Source: Selaginella moellendorffii
Taxonomy: Eukaryota > Plantae > Lycopodiophyta
DNA: 64,000 nucleotides
Assembly: GCF_000143415.4 (NCBI RefSeq)
Contig: NW_003314328.1
Location: 124,001-188,000 of the forward strand
Reading direction: 5' to 3'
The stretch's first letter is position 1. Every line of letters begins with the position of its first letter. Of this stretch, positions 49,023 to 61,699 are shown in pieces. The notes beneath the pieces are model-generated. The model made no database searches. It had not been told where the DNA came from and saw nothing but the letters and a program-made list of their open reading frames with translations. The position numbers and the translations under genes are program-made.

Positions 49023-51763
49023 TCTGAAAGTGCTGAAAAGAAGTTAAGCCCATACAAAAAATGATTGGAGAATGGCCTAAATCATAACATACCAAACAAC
49101 CTCAATAGCATGAGGCCACATGCCATTATTCAAACATGCTATTGACTCCCACGTGAAATTTTGCATTCACAAAGTTGGCATGAGGCCTCATGCCATCTTG
49201 ATATACACACAACTGCAGGCAAGTAAAAACATACATGACAATACGCTAGCCATGAAATTGCAAGGGCCCAAGATGGCATGTGGCCTCATGCCATTTCTAA
49301 ATGTGGTCCTAAGCCATTCCATGGTGAACATACCAGGAAGCACAAGTGCCGAATATCAAGAGGAAGCGGTAGCCACACAAAAGACAGTGCCGCTCGCAAC
49401 ACCGCAACTACTCGTAGCACCGCTCGCAATACCGCAACTGCTCGTAGCGCCGCTCGCACAAACTGCCACTCGCATAAACTGCCGCCCGCAATGGCGCTCG
49501 CAATGCCGCAACCGCTCATAGACGCATAAACCATAGCCCACAACGCCGCTTACACAAGCAGCGCTCACTGCGCTCAGCGGAACCAAGAACACGGCGCACA
49601 AAAATGATAGACCTAGGAATGAGTTCGAGAATTCAAAAATAACACACGCTTGAATGTCACATCAAATCCTCTGACAAACCAGATCTTATGACTCCTCTGA
49701 CAAATTTCAAACTGAGTAGCTTCTAGACTTTGCTGTCGGAGGTTGAACTTTGTCACATCATGTCCTTGCCTCGATCCAGCTGTGCCATGTCAGTGATTTG
49801 AACTTTGCCATGCCATGTCAGCGATCCGCGCCAAGATTATTCGCCGTGTAAAGGAATAATTATGCTCTGTGTGTATGTCCATTTATGGCAATATAAGGCC
49901 ACACGCCATTCAAAGAATAATGCTAGTCGAGCAATTTTTGGTGCATTTTTGGGTTCAAAATTGCATGAGCCCACACGCTATAAAGTTTACCTGTACCAAA
50001 AATAGAAACAGCTTTATTTACTTGGGAATTTAAGTGGTTGAGGCATTTTTAAACTTACAAACACATGCCCTACTTACATTCCTTTGGTTGCTTAAAATTC
50101 AAAAATATTATAAACCTTTCTTTTTGCATTTTCAATGTTTTCAATTATGGTTTTTGATTTTCGCAGGACCAGCCTAGTAATCTATTTGCATCCCGTCATG
50201 TTTATAGCTAGCTTTCGTTTGTCCCCTTCGCTAGCCTGAGATACATCTGCTCGGCATCTACCTCTTACAGCATTTGCCCAGAAAGGGCATCTTTCTTCAC
50301 GCAGCATTTGCCACATGTTTAGGGTTTAGGGTTTAGGGTTTAGCAATTCAGTAGCTTGATAAACATGCAAATACAGAACTTGATGCAAAATCCTTTGATA
50401 TGTCACAATGCCCCTAGGACCATAAACACATTTCAATAGAGAGGGTCCTTTCATTTCATAACTCCTTACGTAGATCTTGGTGAAACCAAAGTTAGTGAAG
50501 TTAGTTTCTTGTGATCCCGCATCTGATTGTGATGTCCCTTTGCAGTGTTGATGGAAAGGTCAATGCACACCAAACTGTAAAATCTTGGAGCAAAATAACG
50601 GTCAGATCTATGGCAAATGCCCCTGAAACATTGTAAGGCTCGTGTGGTCTCATGTGGTGTCTGATCGAGATGCTTCTTTGCAGGGTCATCAAGAAAGACA
50701 TTGTATACCATTCTGTAAAATCTAGTTGCGATCTAACGGTTGGATCTCCAGAAAACTCAAAACAATCTCGCGCGTGTCAGAATATCCTAGGAATATACTC
50801 CTATGTGCCCCTGAAAATGGCATGCGGCCCCACGCCCTTCAAGAGATAACACCAAATGACGCCGAGAATTTTTTGGTGCATTTTTTGGGTTCAAAATTGC
50901 ATAAGCCCACACGCTATAAAGTTTATCTTTGCCAAATAGAGAAATGTTTATCTGTGTCATGTGAGGTAGTTACAGTCCTTTGTGCTCGGCATCTGCCTCT
51001 TGCAGCATTTGCATTGAAAGGGAATTTTTCTCCATTCAGCATTTGGCCCTGAAAATGGCATGCGCCCACACGCCATTCAAGGAATAACGCCACAGGACGC
51101 CTGGATTTTTGGGTTTAAAATGTTTAGGGTTTTTTGGGTTTTTTCAAAATATTTTGGGTCCAACGTTTTTTGGGTTTCTTTGGTTCAAAATTGCATGAGC
51201 CCACACGCTATAATATTGATTTGAGAGAAAAATAGAAACAGATAGAATTTCTTTATTTAGCTGAACATCTGCCATTTTTGGAAATACAAGATGCTTTGGA
51301 ATATCCAATCATGCATGGTATAAATATAGCGAGGGTATTAAATGATATCCCAATCATGATCTTTCTTTTGGATTTCGCGTGAATGCAGTCCGAGGAATGA
51401 TGACGTTGCGGATTTCTTTTGGATTTTGCGTGCTTGCATGCGCACGGCAATCCAGAAATTAATGGTGGCGCCCAAGTCCGAGGAATGATGACGTGGCGGG
51501 ATTACCAACCGTTGTGACATTTCGCGCGTGTGAGGTTAGGTTTTGCATTTTGCTTCGTACTCGCGCTCGCGCTCGCATCACACTTGCGCTCCCGCTCGCA
51601 TCGCGCTCCCACTCACGCAGCCCACTTGGCATCCCAGGAGATTTCAGTGCCACTCTCCAACTGTAAGTGGCAGAGTAGCCTTGCTGCTACGATCCGCTGC
51701 ACACACAGTGCACATTCGCCAGCGAGTCCGGCCTCGATTGTCACGGCCTCCATTCGGCTTCAA

Positions 51764-54700
51764 ATGGTAAGTCTTTTAGGCCAAGTAGAAAATGGCATGA
51801 GGCCACATGCCATTCAGTAGCAACATTGGCATGCACCGATTGGGCTCTCGAGTGCAGTCCGGTTACAGATGGCATGTAGCCTCACGCCATCTTAGGATGC
51901 AGCCTCAAGACATCTGATGCAGTGGTGAATGGCGTGTGGCCTCACGTTATTTCCAGCTGCTAGCTTTTCATCTGTCAGCTCTAATTGTTGTGCATTTCTG
52001 AACAGGCAAGGAATTGCGTTCTTCTTCCAGCCACTGTCAATGTGGATGCAGAGAAGGGGGAGGAGCTCACCAGTTGGACTTTCGGGATGGAAGGCGAGGA
52101 TTTGAGGCTGTACAACACAGATGGTGGGAGAAAAGAATGCATGGGGATCCTCATCCAAGTGACAGACACTCCATGCAGTTCCATGCAAGAATATGGATTG
52201 GCACTTGTGGTAGAGACAGCGTCCGCCTTCAAGATCCACCTTGCACATCCTAGCGGCTTCCCGGAGGGGGACAGCGGCTATGAGGAATTCCTAGAGGGAG
52301 CTAGGGAGAGGTTGTCCAAGAGGCCCACAATTTCAAAGACGCTACAGGTCTATGAAGATCACATGGAATCCACGGACCTCACCTACAGCGATGTTCAAAA
52401 ACTATATTCCAACATTGAGCCGTTGAGAGTGCCTCCAGTTCGCGAAGCGAAGGGGAAGGGGGTCGATCTGGAAACTACCCCGAAGCAGAAAAGGGTGGTC
52501 AAGCTCAAGCCGACGTCCGACTCTGCTGCTCCAAAAAAGAAGCTACTCGGTGATGCCATTGCCTCAGGTTCGAACACTACACCCACCAAAAAGAAGAGCC
52601 GCAAAGAGCAGAAAGAGCAAGAAGAGGCAGCAAAAATTGTCGCAGATAATAGTACTTGTTACTATTCCAACAAAGTATATACAATCGACGTGAGCCGTAT
52701 CGACATCCAAAGCAAATACAACCACAGGCTAGTATCTTATGAGTGGGTGGAGAAACTGAAGCAGAAGATGCTGGCAAGTCCAGTAACACCCGACATCGCA
52801 GACGTGATCCCCTACTACCAAACAATGAAGGGCGAGACGAGGTTTCCAAACTTGATCAATAGGAAGGTGTTGCACGATCAGAACATCCGGTACTATGCCG
52901 TCTCCAGGCAGCATTCTAGTTTGGTGATGCAAGAGATAGTTCTGGATATTATGGTGGGCGAGGAGGTGAAGAAAGTCTTCAAGACAAGAGTTGTCCGCCT
53001 GATAAAAAGCAACTCGCCCCTCCGATCTATCATATCCATCTCCCACGCGCAGAATGTCAAGCAAGAAACGTGCTACAAATCAGGTCTGCACGAGACATTG
53101 GCACGAACACGGAAGCTCTGGGTTCAACTGAAGAAGCCACAAAAACCAGGACAAGGACGTGCACTAGCAACTAGCGCCTGGCAGGTAAGCCTCGTTGCAT
53201 GTGGCATAGCATGTGGCCTCACGCCATTTCCATTGCAGGAATTCTCGAGTCTTCTCTTGAAAACACTGGGGGTCAATGACACACTCAGCATTCATAACAT
53301 TCTACTCGCGACAAAAGTTGTTTTTGACAAATGGGTAGATGTGCTGAGGAGGTACCATGACGGGGAGTTGCTAAACTCAATGGGTGTGGAGGACGGCTGG
53401 AAGCCTAATGATTTGAAGCTCAACGCCTTGCATTTCTCGCGGTCTGTAGACGACGACGACCTTCTGACAGTGGCTAATGCTCTTCTACGTGGTGAGGTAG
53501 TCTTCAACAAGACCAAAATGACTCCCGGCCATATTGTGACATACGAGGACTTGTGCACGACTCTGAGAGCTCGTGCGCTATTGAAGGATTGGATCTTCGA
53601 GCAAGTGGCCGTGGAGAGGGTGAGCATCGACACCACGCAAGAGATGATGGAAGAGCTGGACTTGTTAAATGAAGACATCGACGAGTACGTGAAGGGGGCC
53701 CCCAAGTTCATCGATCTGCTGCGGGATGCCACGAAAAGTAAAGCTAAGAAGTTGGATCAGTATCCAAATTTCATTAAGAGGGATGTCGACCGCCGGCTTC
53801 AGAAACAGCTCGACCCCGCAGCAGAGGCCTATCGAGAACCTTACCGGGTATACGTGAATTCGGATGAGGATCAAAGGTGGAGGAGCATCGTTTCCCACGG
53901 AGATGAGCAAGTCAAGAGCATCTTTTGTGTGATGGACTCCACAAACGAAGAGATCACTCATGCAGACGAAGTCAGCTCCATCATTGACTTAATGGTGGGA
54001 CTTGCAGAGGTGGAATCTTCAGTCCACTATATGATCTACGACTCCGAATCCTATCACAAGTTCTGGAAGGCCTTGAACGAGGTGAAGGCTCGGTTGAAAG
54101 GCAAGGAGATGCGGGAGATCCATGGGATAATGGCTAAGAAGAAGATACCGACGAATGTCCGCATCTTCACACTCGCCCTTGTTATTGGTCCTGCAGCAGA
54201 GTGGGACTAGAGTGACTTCCCAGCTTCGTTCGACAAGGCCGATCGAATTAATCTGAGGGAGGTCAATTTACCCGTGCCTGAGGAACTGAAGACGGCTATG
54301 GAGCTTTCGAATCCAAAGAAAGCTCCAGGTGCAGCATGGGAAATGCTCAGCTGGGTCTTCAACGCAATAGCGGGTGACACCAAGGGCAAATGTGTTGTCG
54401 AGTACAACTGCGGCGGACTATTCTTTCGAGCCGCACTACTCAAGGGTGTCCCGTGTGTTGCGGTGACAAACTCCATTGAAGAGGTGACTTCAATGGAGCA
54501 TATAATTACAGTTGCCAAAGAAAAACAGTATCTTCTCTGCGAACCTGGTGAGTACGCACTTTAAGTTTAAATGTTATCTCACAAGCTCTGTATGCAGGAG
54601 CGTGGCCACCCCCAGATGCTGAAACGGCGTTAACAGCTACTGATGTTAGGCCGAGCTCACAACCTGCACAAGGTAAGGTCACGTGAGGCCTCACGCCATT

Positions 54701-57357
54701 TTGATTATAGATCGTTGTGAATATTCAGACACGAGGACTGAAAAGCGCACTGGTGGCACGTCGAAGAAGGACAAACAGACAAGCAATAGGAAAAAAGGAG
54801 GTACAAATTATATTTGCAATGGCGTGTGGTCTCATGCCATTCCTTGCAGGAGACACTTCTTCAAAGGCAAAACAGGCAAGCACCAGCCAAGCTCAAACTG
54901 ACAATGGTCATAAAAAGCGAAAGCACGTTGGACAGTCGTCGGGATCCGAGGCGTTTGATTCGAAAAGGAAGAAGGGCAACGAAAAGATGATAGGTAATGC
55001 CTCGCGGTTATGGCGTGTGTGCTCATGCCATTCATTGCAGATCAAGGGCTGAGTGAAAGGAGCCAGTCACCACCTCCTGACTCAAATTCCTATGGCGGAC
55101 TCCCCTTCCCCAATCTCAATGGAGAGGTACAATGGATGAGGGATGCTTTTCAAGTCAGGGCCACGTTTTTCTCATCTCGTCGTCTTCGAAGGGTGCAAGA
55201 ACGTGCAGAAACCATGTTAAGACAGTCGGGTGAGGATACGGTCCTAGGTCAAGCACTGAAACAGGCTATGGATGTCTTGTATTTTGAGATGGAGACTCGG
55301 CCAGATGATTTTCCCAAGATGGTCCTGGAAAAACAAGCCATCCAGCCTGAGCAGCCTATGGAAGAATTGCAGGAGGGGGATGAGGAGCCAGAGAAAGATA
55401 ATGAGCAGGAAGAGCAGAAGGACGAAGAGGAGGACAAAGAAGAGGAGGACGAAGAAGAGGAGGACGAAGAAGAGGAGGACGAAGAGGACTTGGATGGTCC
55501 TCACAATGGTGACGATCACAATAACGACAATGACGATGATGACGACGATGGCCAGCCTGAGGTGGCCAAAGAGCAGCGGAGGAAGGTCATACAATGCAAA
55601 CCATCAGGTAAATAATAGTACATCCATTCCTAACCTTTTACCATTTCTAACATTGTCTATGTAGGTCGCAAAAGAAATGGTAAGTAGAGATTATTCAGTT
55701 GAATTAAGATACAAACTCTAGCCTTTAGTGTCGAGGAAGGATAGTGCCAAGCAAGGATCGAAACGTATGTCCAATCCTTCAGAATCAGCAGTGCGCCCAA
55801 TAGCAGTTGATGGTAAATACAGTATAGTCGATTCAATGTGCTAATGAGTTTGTTTTTAGTAGCCAGTAGGGAGAATACCATCTCAATCGAAGGGAGATAT
55901 TTGGACATGCATATGGATCCGCCAGTGGACTCTACTTGCCTGCAAGAGTCATCAGAGCTGGTGGAGGCTACTATCCATATCAACGCCAAGCAAGCTGACC
56001 ACGCTCCACTTGATGCTGCCCATACCACTGAGTCAATCTTGTCCACGTATCCAACTGACGGTGACCAGGCGCCATTGGACCTGCATGAGGCCGCCCCAGC
56101 CGCCGAGCCGGTCGTATCCTCATTTCCAACGGACTCAACGTGTGCCCAATCGTCTGACTACGCGCCGTTGGAACCTCCCTACACCGCCCCTGCTGCCTGT
56201 TCGGTCATGTCCACTTTGCCAACGGAGGCACCAGCTGAAATGGCGTGTGATCACACGCCATCGGAACCACCCCATGCCACTGTTGAGCCAGTTGTACCAG
56301 AGTCTACAGCTGAAATGGCATGTGCCCACACGCCATCGGATGCGATTGACCCCACATTGCAGAGGAGAGTATTTCCGCCCTTCACGTTTCCTCGACCAAA
56401 ACCCTCTGAACGACCATCGGGAGCACCATTCGCTAATATTGTAGATGGTAAAATTGACTTGTACCATTTTTTATGCTGACGCATTTCATTTCAGAGTCAC
56501 GGCGAAAGTACTGTATCGTTTTTGATCTGAACGGTGTCCTTTTCTCCCATGAGCGTGGCTCGTCCTCGAATGTCACTACACCCTCCAAAGCCTGCGGTCG
56601 CAAGTTGGTCAAAAGAGACAGATTCACATTAATCACATGGGAGAAACTGCGGGATCTAATAATGACCATGCGACACTTAAAACAGAGGGCCGGGTTCAAT
56701 TTGCAATTAGGAGTTTGGACATCCATGATGCGCCACAATGCATTAACGTTGGTACAGATGATGCACGATCAAACGCGAGTAATATTACCATTTGACTTTC
56801 TCCTAACGCAGGAAGATTGCTTGACTATGGTCCATGTGAGGGGTAGCAAGCCCATCTTCGTCAAGCCAGAGGCTGTAGTGATGAACCGGACTGCTAGGTC
56901 AAGTGAAATCCTCATCATCGATGACTCGCCAATTAAAACTGCAGCTAACACGCACACATATGCAGTGCACCCCATCTCTTGCAGTATGGAAACTAGGGAG
57001 AAGAAACCGTATGTTCTGGGGGACCTTGCAAAACGGCTTGAAGCGATGGTGATAGAGAACTGGCCAGTCCAGGAGGTGGCTGCAGAAATCAACCAAATGG
57101 CAGATGGAACGGTATATCAGAAGCCATTTGATCGGACAGACACCAGTCATCATTTATGGCATGTATATTGTCTAGCCAAGCACTATCCGCATCTCCATAA
57201 TCTGCTCAACCGGATGGGTTCTTCGACCACTGAACATGAGCGTGGACGTATTAGAGAAGAGATGGCATTACTATTGGGTTTAAATCCTGATAGTGTGGAG
57301 AGTGATGAAATTCCAAGATTATTGTATAGGCGTTGGAGGCAAAAAATAACAGTCTGA
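51764..57357 (+). pseudogene. Accessory ParB-like/MTase-like/NIF gene, copy 2 (nonsense TGG>TAG at 54208-54210)
   Basis: Exons 51764-51766, 52006-53184, 53239-54547, 54598-54672, 54729-54800, 54850-54993, 55041-55607, 55665-55679, 55729-55812, 55860-56447 and 56495-57357 total 4,899 nt, or 1,633 codons. All introns are GT-AG. Confidence 0.8.
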
Positions 57358-57799
57358 GATGGCATGTATTTATTTAAAAATGTAACTTATTATGGCATGG
57401 GGTTCCATGCCATTGTATTAATATTAAAAGACAATTCTTTGAGAGGATTTGCATTATACTAGAAGTGTTACAGCATGTTATTGGAAGTCTACGAAGTTGT
57501 TTTATTAATAAGGGGAAAGTAAAGATTGAATGGGGACTTGGGCTCCACCTAGACTCGGAGCAACTGAGCCAATATTAAAAGGATGGAAAGAAATTGGACG
57601 ACAATGACAAGGAGAAGAGAGAGGTGAAGCAGTGGCAGGGGGAGGAGAAGTGATTGAGTAGACATTTCCTTGTTTAAAATAAAATGGCATGTGCCTCAAT
57701 GCAGTTGAATTTTGTTATATTTATATACTATATAAAGGTTTGGAAACCTTATTTTACAAGTGGGATAATGACAATTCCCACTTTAACGAAATAGAGCTT

Positions 57800-57857
57800 C
57801 TAAGTACCAGGATATTCCCTCTCTCTCTCTCACTCTCTCGGTGGCCATGCCCTAACA
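57800..57857 (-). repeat. Terminal 58 bp of the Tat-family LTR (TGTTAGGG start on the minus strand)
   Basis: Matches 12385-12442. Confidence 0.75.
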
Positions 57858-57859
57858 CA

Positions 57860-58625
57860 ACAATTCTATTCACTCCTCCATTCGAATTTCCCCCTTCTTT
57901 GCGAACTCTGGCCAAAATCCCTGATTCAATCTCTCACTTCCTTCTCCATTCGAATCCTCTTGTTCAAATCCCTGCTTTGAGGCATTTGTCTCCAACCTCC
58001 AGGAAATCCACAACTCCATCTCCTTCCACCTCCATCGTGCTTAGGAATCTCACAAAACATTTGCCAATGTCCATCGTCAAGATTGTCCCCCTTACAATAT
58101 TGGGGATAAAGTCTAGCTCCTGAGGCGTAATATCTCCACCACCAGGCCATGTCCCAAACTCAATTTCAAACGCTTCGGTCCTTTCCCTATTACTGCCATC
58201 ATTAATCTTGTCAGTTATCGCCTTGCACTTCCCTCCTCATATCACATTCACCTAGTTTTTCACTCCTCTCTCCTTGAGCCTTATATTCCCAGTCCTTTTC
58301 TAAATCGGGTCATTCCTACACCTCCATCAGTGCAGCTCGAGGATGGGTCTGAGTACAAGGTTTAGGACATCCTTGATTCCAAGATCTCATGGTCTAAACT
58401 CTACTATTTGGTAGACTAGAAGGGTTACGGACCTGAGGAACACACTTGGGAACCTGCGGACAACTTAATTTATTCTCCTGACCTTGTTCAAAACTTCTAC
58501 CGTTGTTATCCTTCTTGTCCCAGTCCTCATTCTTTTTCTCCATCTCCCGTCCCTCGCCGCCCATCTCATCCTCCTCTTCGTTCTCATTCACATCCTCATT
58601 CCACTCGTTCTTGAGGAGGGAGTGC
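57860..58625 (+). pseudogene. Chromovirus 3' remnant with chromodomain and PPT
   Basis: [37 protein letters not shown] at ~58351-58470; PPT GAGGAGGGAG at 58613-58622. Confidence 0.8.
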
Positions 58626-58960
58626 TATTAGGAATCCCCCAATTCTTGCCACATTCCTGACTCTCGCTGGATTCCTGACTTGCAGACCACATTCCTGATT
58701 CTCGAGACACTTCCCTATTCTTGACTCTCGAGACACTTCCCTATTCCTGATTCTCTGATTTCCCGTATGATTCCTGAGTCTCAAGCCACATTCCTGATGA
58801 TGACGTGGCGCCTCCTTGACCTCAGCTATATTTAGGCTGTCCTTGATCCAAGAGTGGTAGAGCTTTATCAACCTATAGTATATATAGGTTAGCCTTGTTC
58901 CATTTCTCCACAATCTAAATCAACACTAGTATAAGGCTTCTTTTTCATTTCCACTAGCTT
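58626..58960 (+). repeat. Probable 3' LTR with internal CACATTCCTGA(C/T)TCTCG tandem units
   Basis: Starts TATTAGG (mutated TG) right after the PPT; tandem units at 58650-58800. Right edge uncertain. Confidence 0.55.
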
Positions 58961-58989
58961 TTCTCTTTGTCTTTTGCATTTTTCAGTTT

Positions 58990-60570
58990 TGATCTTGTTG
59001 GGGGTCTTGACATATGCAACTACTACCAAAAGTTTATCAAACACTATTCGAAAGTAACCTTGCCCTTAATAGACCAAACGGGTAAAAGGAAGATGGTATG
59101 GACAGCAGAATGCAAAACGACATTTCTCCATCTCAAAGGGAAGTTGAGGAAGTTTCTGTGTTGGTGTTACCAAACTTTGGTAAGGACTTGCAGTAGAAAT
59201 GGATGCTTCGGACTTTGCATTATGCACAATTTTGAAGCAAGACAACTATCCAGTGGTGTTCTTCTCGAAAAAGTTGGACAAGGCTCAACAAAAGTGGCCT
59301 ACCCATGAAAAGGAATTATTTGCAATGGTCAAGGTGCTCAAGGAGTGGCGACACTACCTTGGGAGGCACTTCAAAGTTTCAACAGATAATGTGGCAACAA
59401 ACACTTCTTATCACAGCCCAACCTAAGAGGGAAACAAGGTCGGTAGGCCAATGCTTTGGCCGAGTTTGATTGTGAGATTCTGTATAAACCTGGGAAGAGC
59501 AACATCATGGCAGATGCTCTAAGTTGAAAGGCAAGCTTGAAGTTGGCAATATCTAATGCAACAGCAATATTTTGGGATGATGTACAAACAACATATGAGA
59601 ATGATGGTCTAACACAAAAAGTGTTACTGAGGAACAAAGAGGCATGAGAAGCTCACCAAAGAGGTGAGCTACCAATGGAAGTGAAAATAAGTTATGTGGA
59701 ACGCAATGGACTCATCTATTATAAACAAACGAGAGTGTATGTTCCAGAAGGGGAACTAAGGAAGGTAGCCTTAGAAAAGTGTCATGACAAACCTCTTGTG
59801 AGACATGGTGTAGTGCCCAAGACGATAGGCTTACTCAAGAGGAAGTATCACTAGCCAGATATGGCTAAGGACGTCCAAGACTATGTAAAGACATGTCTAA
59901 CATGTTAGCAAGTCAAAGCCGTGACTAAGGCTAGTGGGGGCTTGTTACAAAGCATCCCAATTCTAGATTGTTCGTGGAAATGTCTTATGATGGACTTCAT
60001 CACAAGACTCCCCCCAAGTGAGGGGTTTAATGTGATATTCGTGATGGTGGACTGATTTTCAAAGATGGCACATTTCATACCCACCACAACGGAAGTGGAT
60101 GCGGAAGGAGTGGCGAAGCTGTTTTTTGAACAAGTGGTTTAAGTGCGGGGAAGGCCAGAAAAGATTCTCTCAAATCGAGAAAAGATCTTCACCAGTAGGT
60201 TCTAGAGAACTCTCTTGGAACAATATTGCACCAAGTTGAAATTCAGCACAACCTATCACCCACAGATAGGTGTTGGGTATTAAGTCAAATTGGATGGCAC
60301 TAACACTTCTTGATAGACGGATAAACGAAAAGGGTGAATAGGCAGTTGGAGGATTATTTGCGATGCTATGTCTTAGGAGACCAGATTGATTAGGTACGAA
60401 GTCGAGGTCATCCTCAATGCGTGCAAGAGCAAGCGACAAGGACGCGAGGTGAGAGAGTTCCATGTGAAGTGGAAAGAATTTCCACACTGCGAAGCAACAT
60501 AGGAACCGGAGGAGAATCTAGCGAACACGTGAGATCTAGTGGAGGAATTTCTACAAACTAAAACTCTATG
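58990..60570 (+). pseudogene. Second chromovirus pol remnant (RNase H, integrase, chromodomain)
   Basis: MDASDFAL, WPTHEKELFAMVKVLKEWRHYL, MDFITRLP, FSTTYHPQ; YEVEVIL...FHVKWKEFPHCEAT*EPEENL at ~60395-60553. Confidence 0.85.
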
Positions 60571-60624
60571 TACTTATGCAAAGTTCAATTAAAGTATCAA
60601 TTTGTGAAGTTGGGCAATGCTATA

Positions 60625-61660
60625 TGTTGGGACCCGAAGGCACACCGAAGGTAAGCTAATTAACATGGGTTAGCTAGGTTGACCAAGCGTAAGGAAATAC
60701 ACCTGACTCCCCACAGGGATGTCGAATCCATAGACGTATTCTATGGAGGTTGAGTTCGAGTCCCAACCCCCTAGTAAAGCAAGGCTGGGTTCAAGTCCCA
60801 ACCCCATACTAGGGCGTGGTGACTTGAGGCATATAGGGACACCTATATTCTGTTGTCATGGGCTCTTGGCTGGGGAGGCTAACTTAGACACATTGCTAAG
60901 TGGGTAAGTGGGGGGATGCCCTCGAAGCCATGGTCAACAAGTCGTAGGATAAAAAAAAAAAAGAGAGACATTTAATGTGGGCATCGAACTTCTTCTATGG
61001 GTGGTGGAGTTGTAAGGAACCAACTTCCTAAGTTATTATAGGCTAAAGGATCCCCGAAAGCACAACCGAAATGATAAAGAGTTCATCGGATGGGACCAAG
61101 TCTGAGATCGAGTCCAAGACCAACTTTGTGACCAAGTTCAAAATAGAGTCTGGGATCAAGTCCGAGGCTGACTTCGAAACTGAGTTTGAGACCGAGTTCG
61201 AAACCGAGTTCGAGACAGAGTCCGAGATCCGAGATCGGGCCCGAGACCGAGTCTGAGGTCGAGTTCCAAATTGGGTCCAAGGTCGACTCTGAGATCGAGT
61301 TCGAAACCGAGTCCAAGGTCGGGTCCGAGATCAAGTCCAAGATTGAGTATGAGACCGAGTCCGAGTACTAATATAGGTTGAGGGGTGAAAGCCCAAAGTG
61401 TGTGTCTCCCGGGGGAGGGGGGGGGCGGGGGGGGGGGTTGCAAGGGGTTCCAAAAGTATAATAGGGATAGTGAGGTCTAGGAATCAGTCTTGAAAGAACT
61501 CTTTAGTGGTGCTTCCAAACTGACTTGAGGTTGAGACTGGGGCCGAGAGACCTTGGGTGGGAGTGAGCATGGACTCAGGTGGTGCCGGAGGGGCCACCCA
61601 TGGAAGTGCTCAAGAGCAGCTCCCACTCCCGGAAGGGAAACCGACTGTAGTGCTCTCTGC
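60625..61660. repeat. LTR-like segment related to 32530-35000, including a GAGTCC/GAGACC-type array at 61090-61370
   Basis: Starts TGTTGGG; blocks are homologous to 32530-32860, 33900-34200 and 34910-34950. Confidence 0.55.
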
Positions 61661-61699
61661 TTGAAATTGTCTAGTAGGCAAAATTTTATAAATTCTCTT

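Larger units (their letters stand above)
44781..57799 (-). mobile_element. Large (13,019 bp) Sola1-like DNA transposon, copy 2, inverted relative to copy 1
   Basis: TIRs at 44781-44804 and 57776-57799. Flanks TCCT (44777-44780) and CTAA (57800-57803). The encoded proteins are nearly identical to copy 1. Confidence 0.9.
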
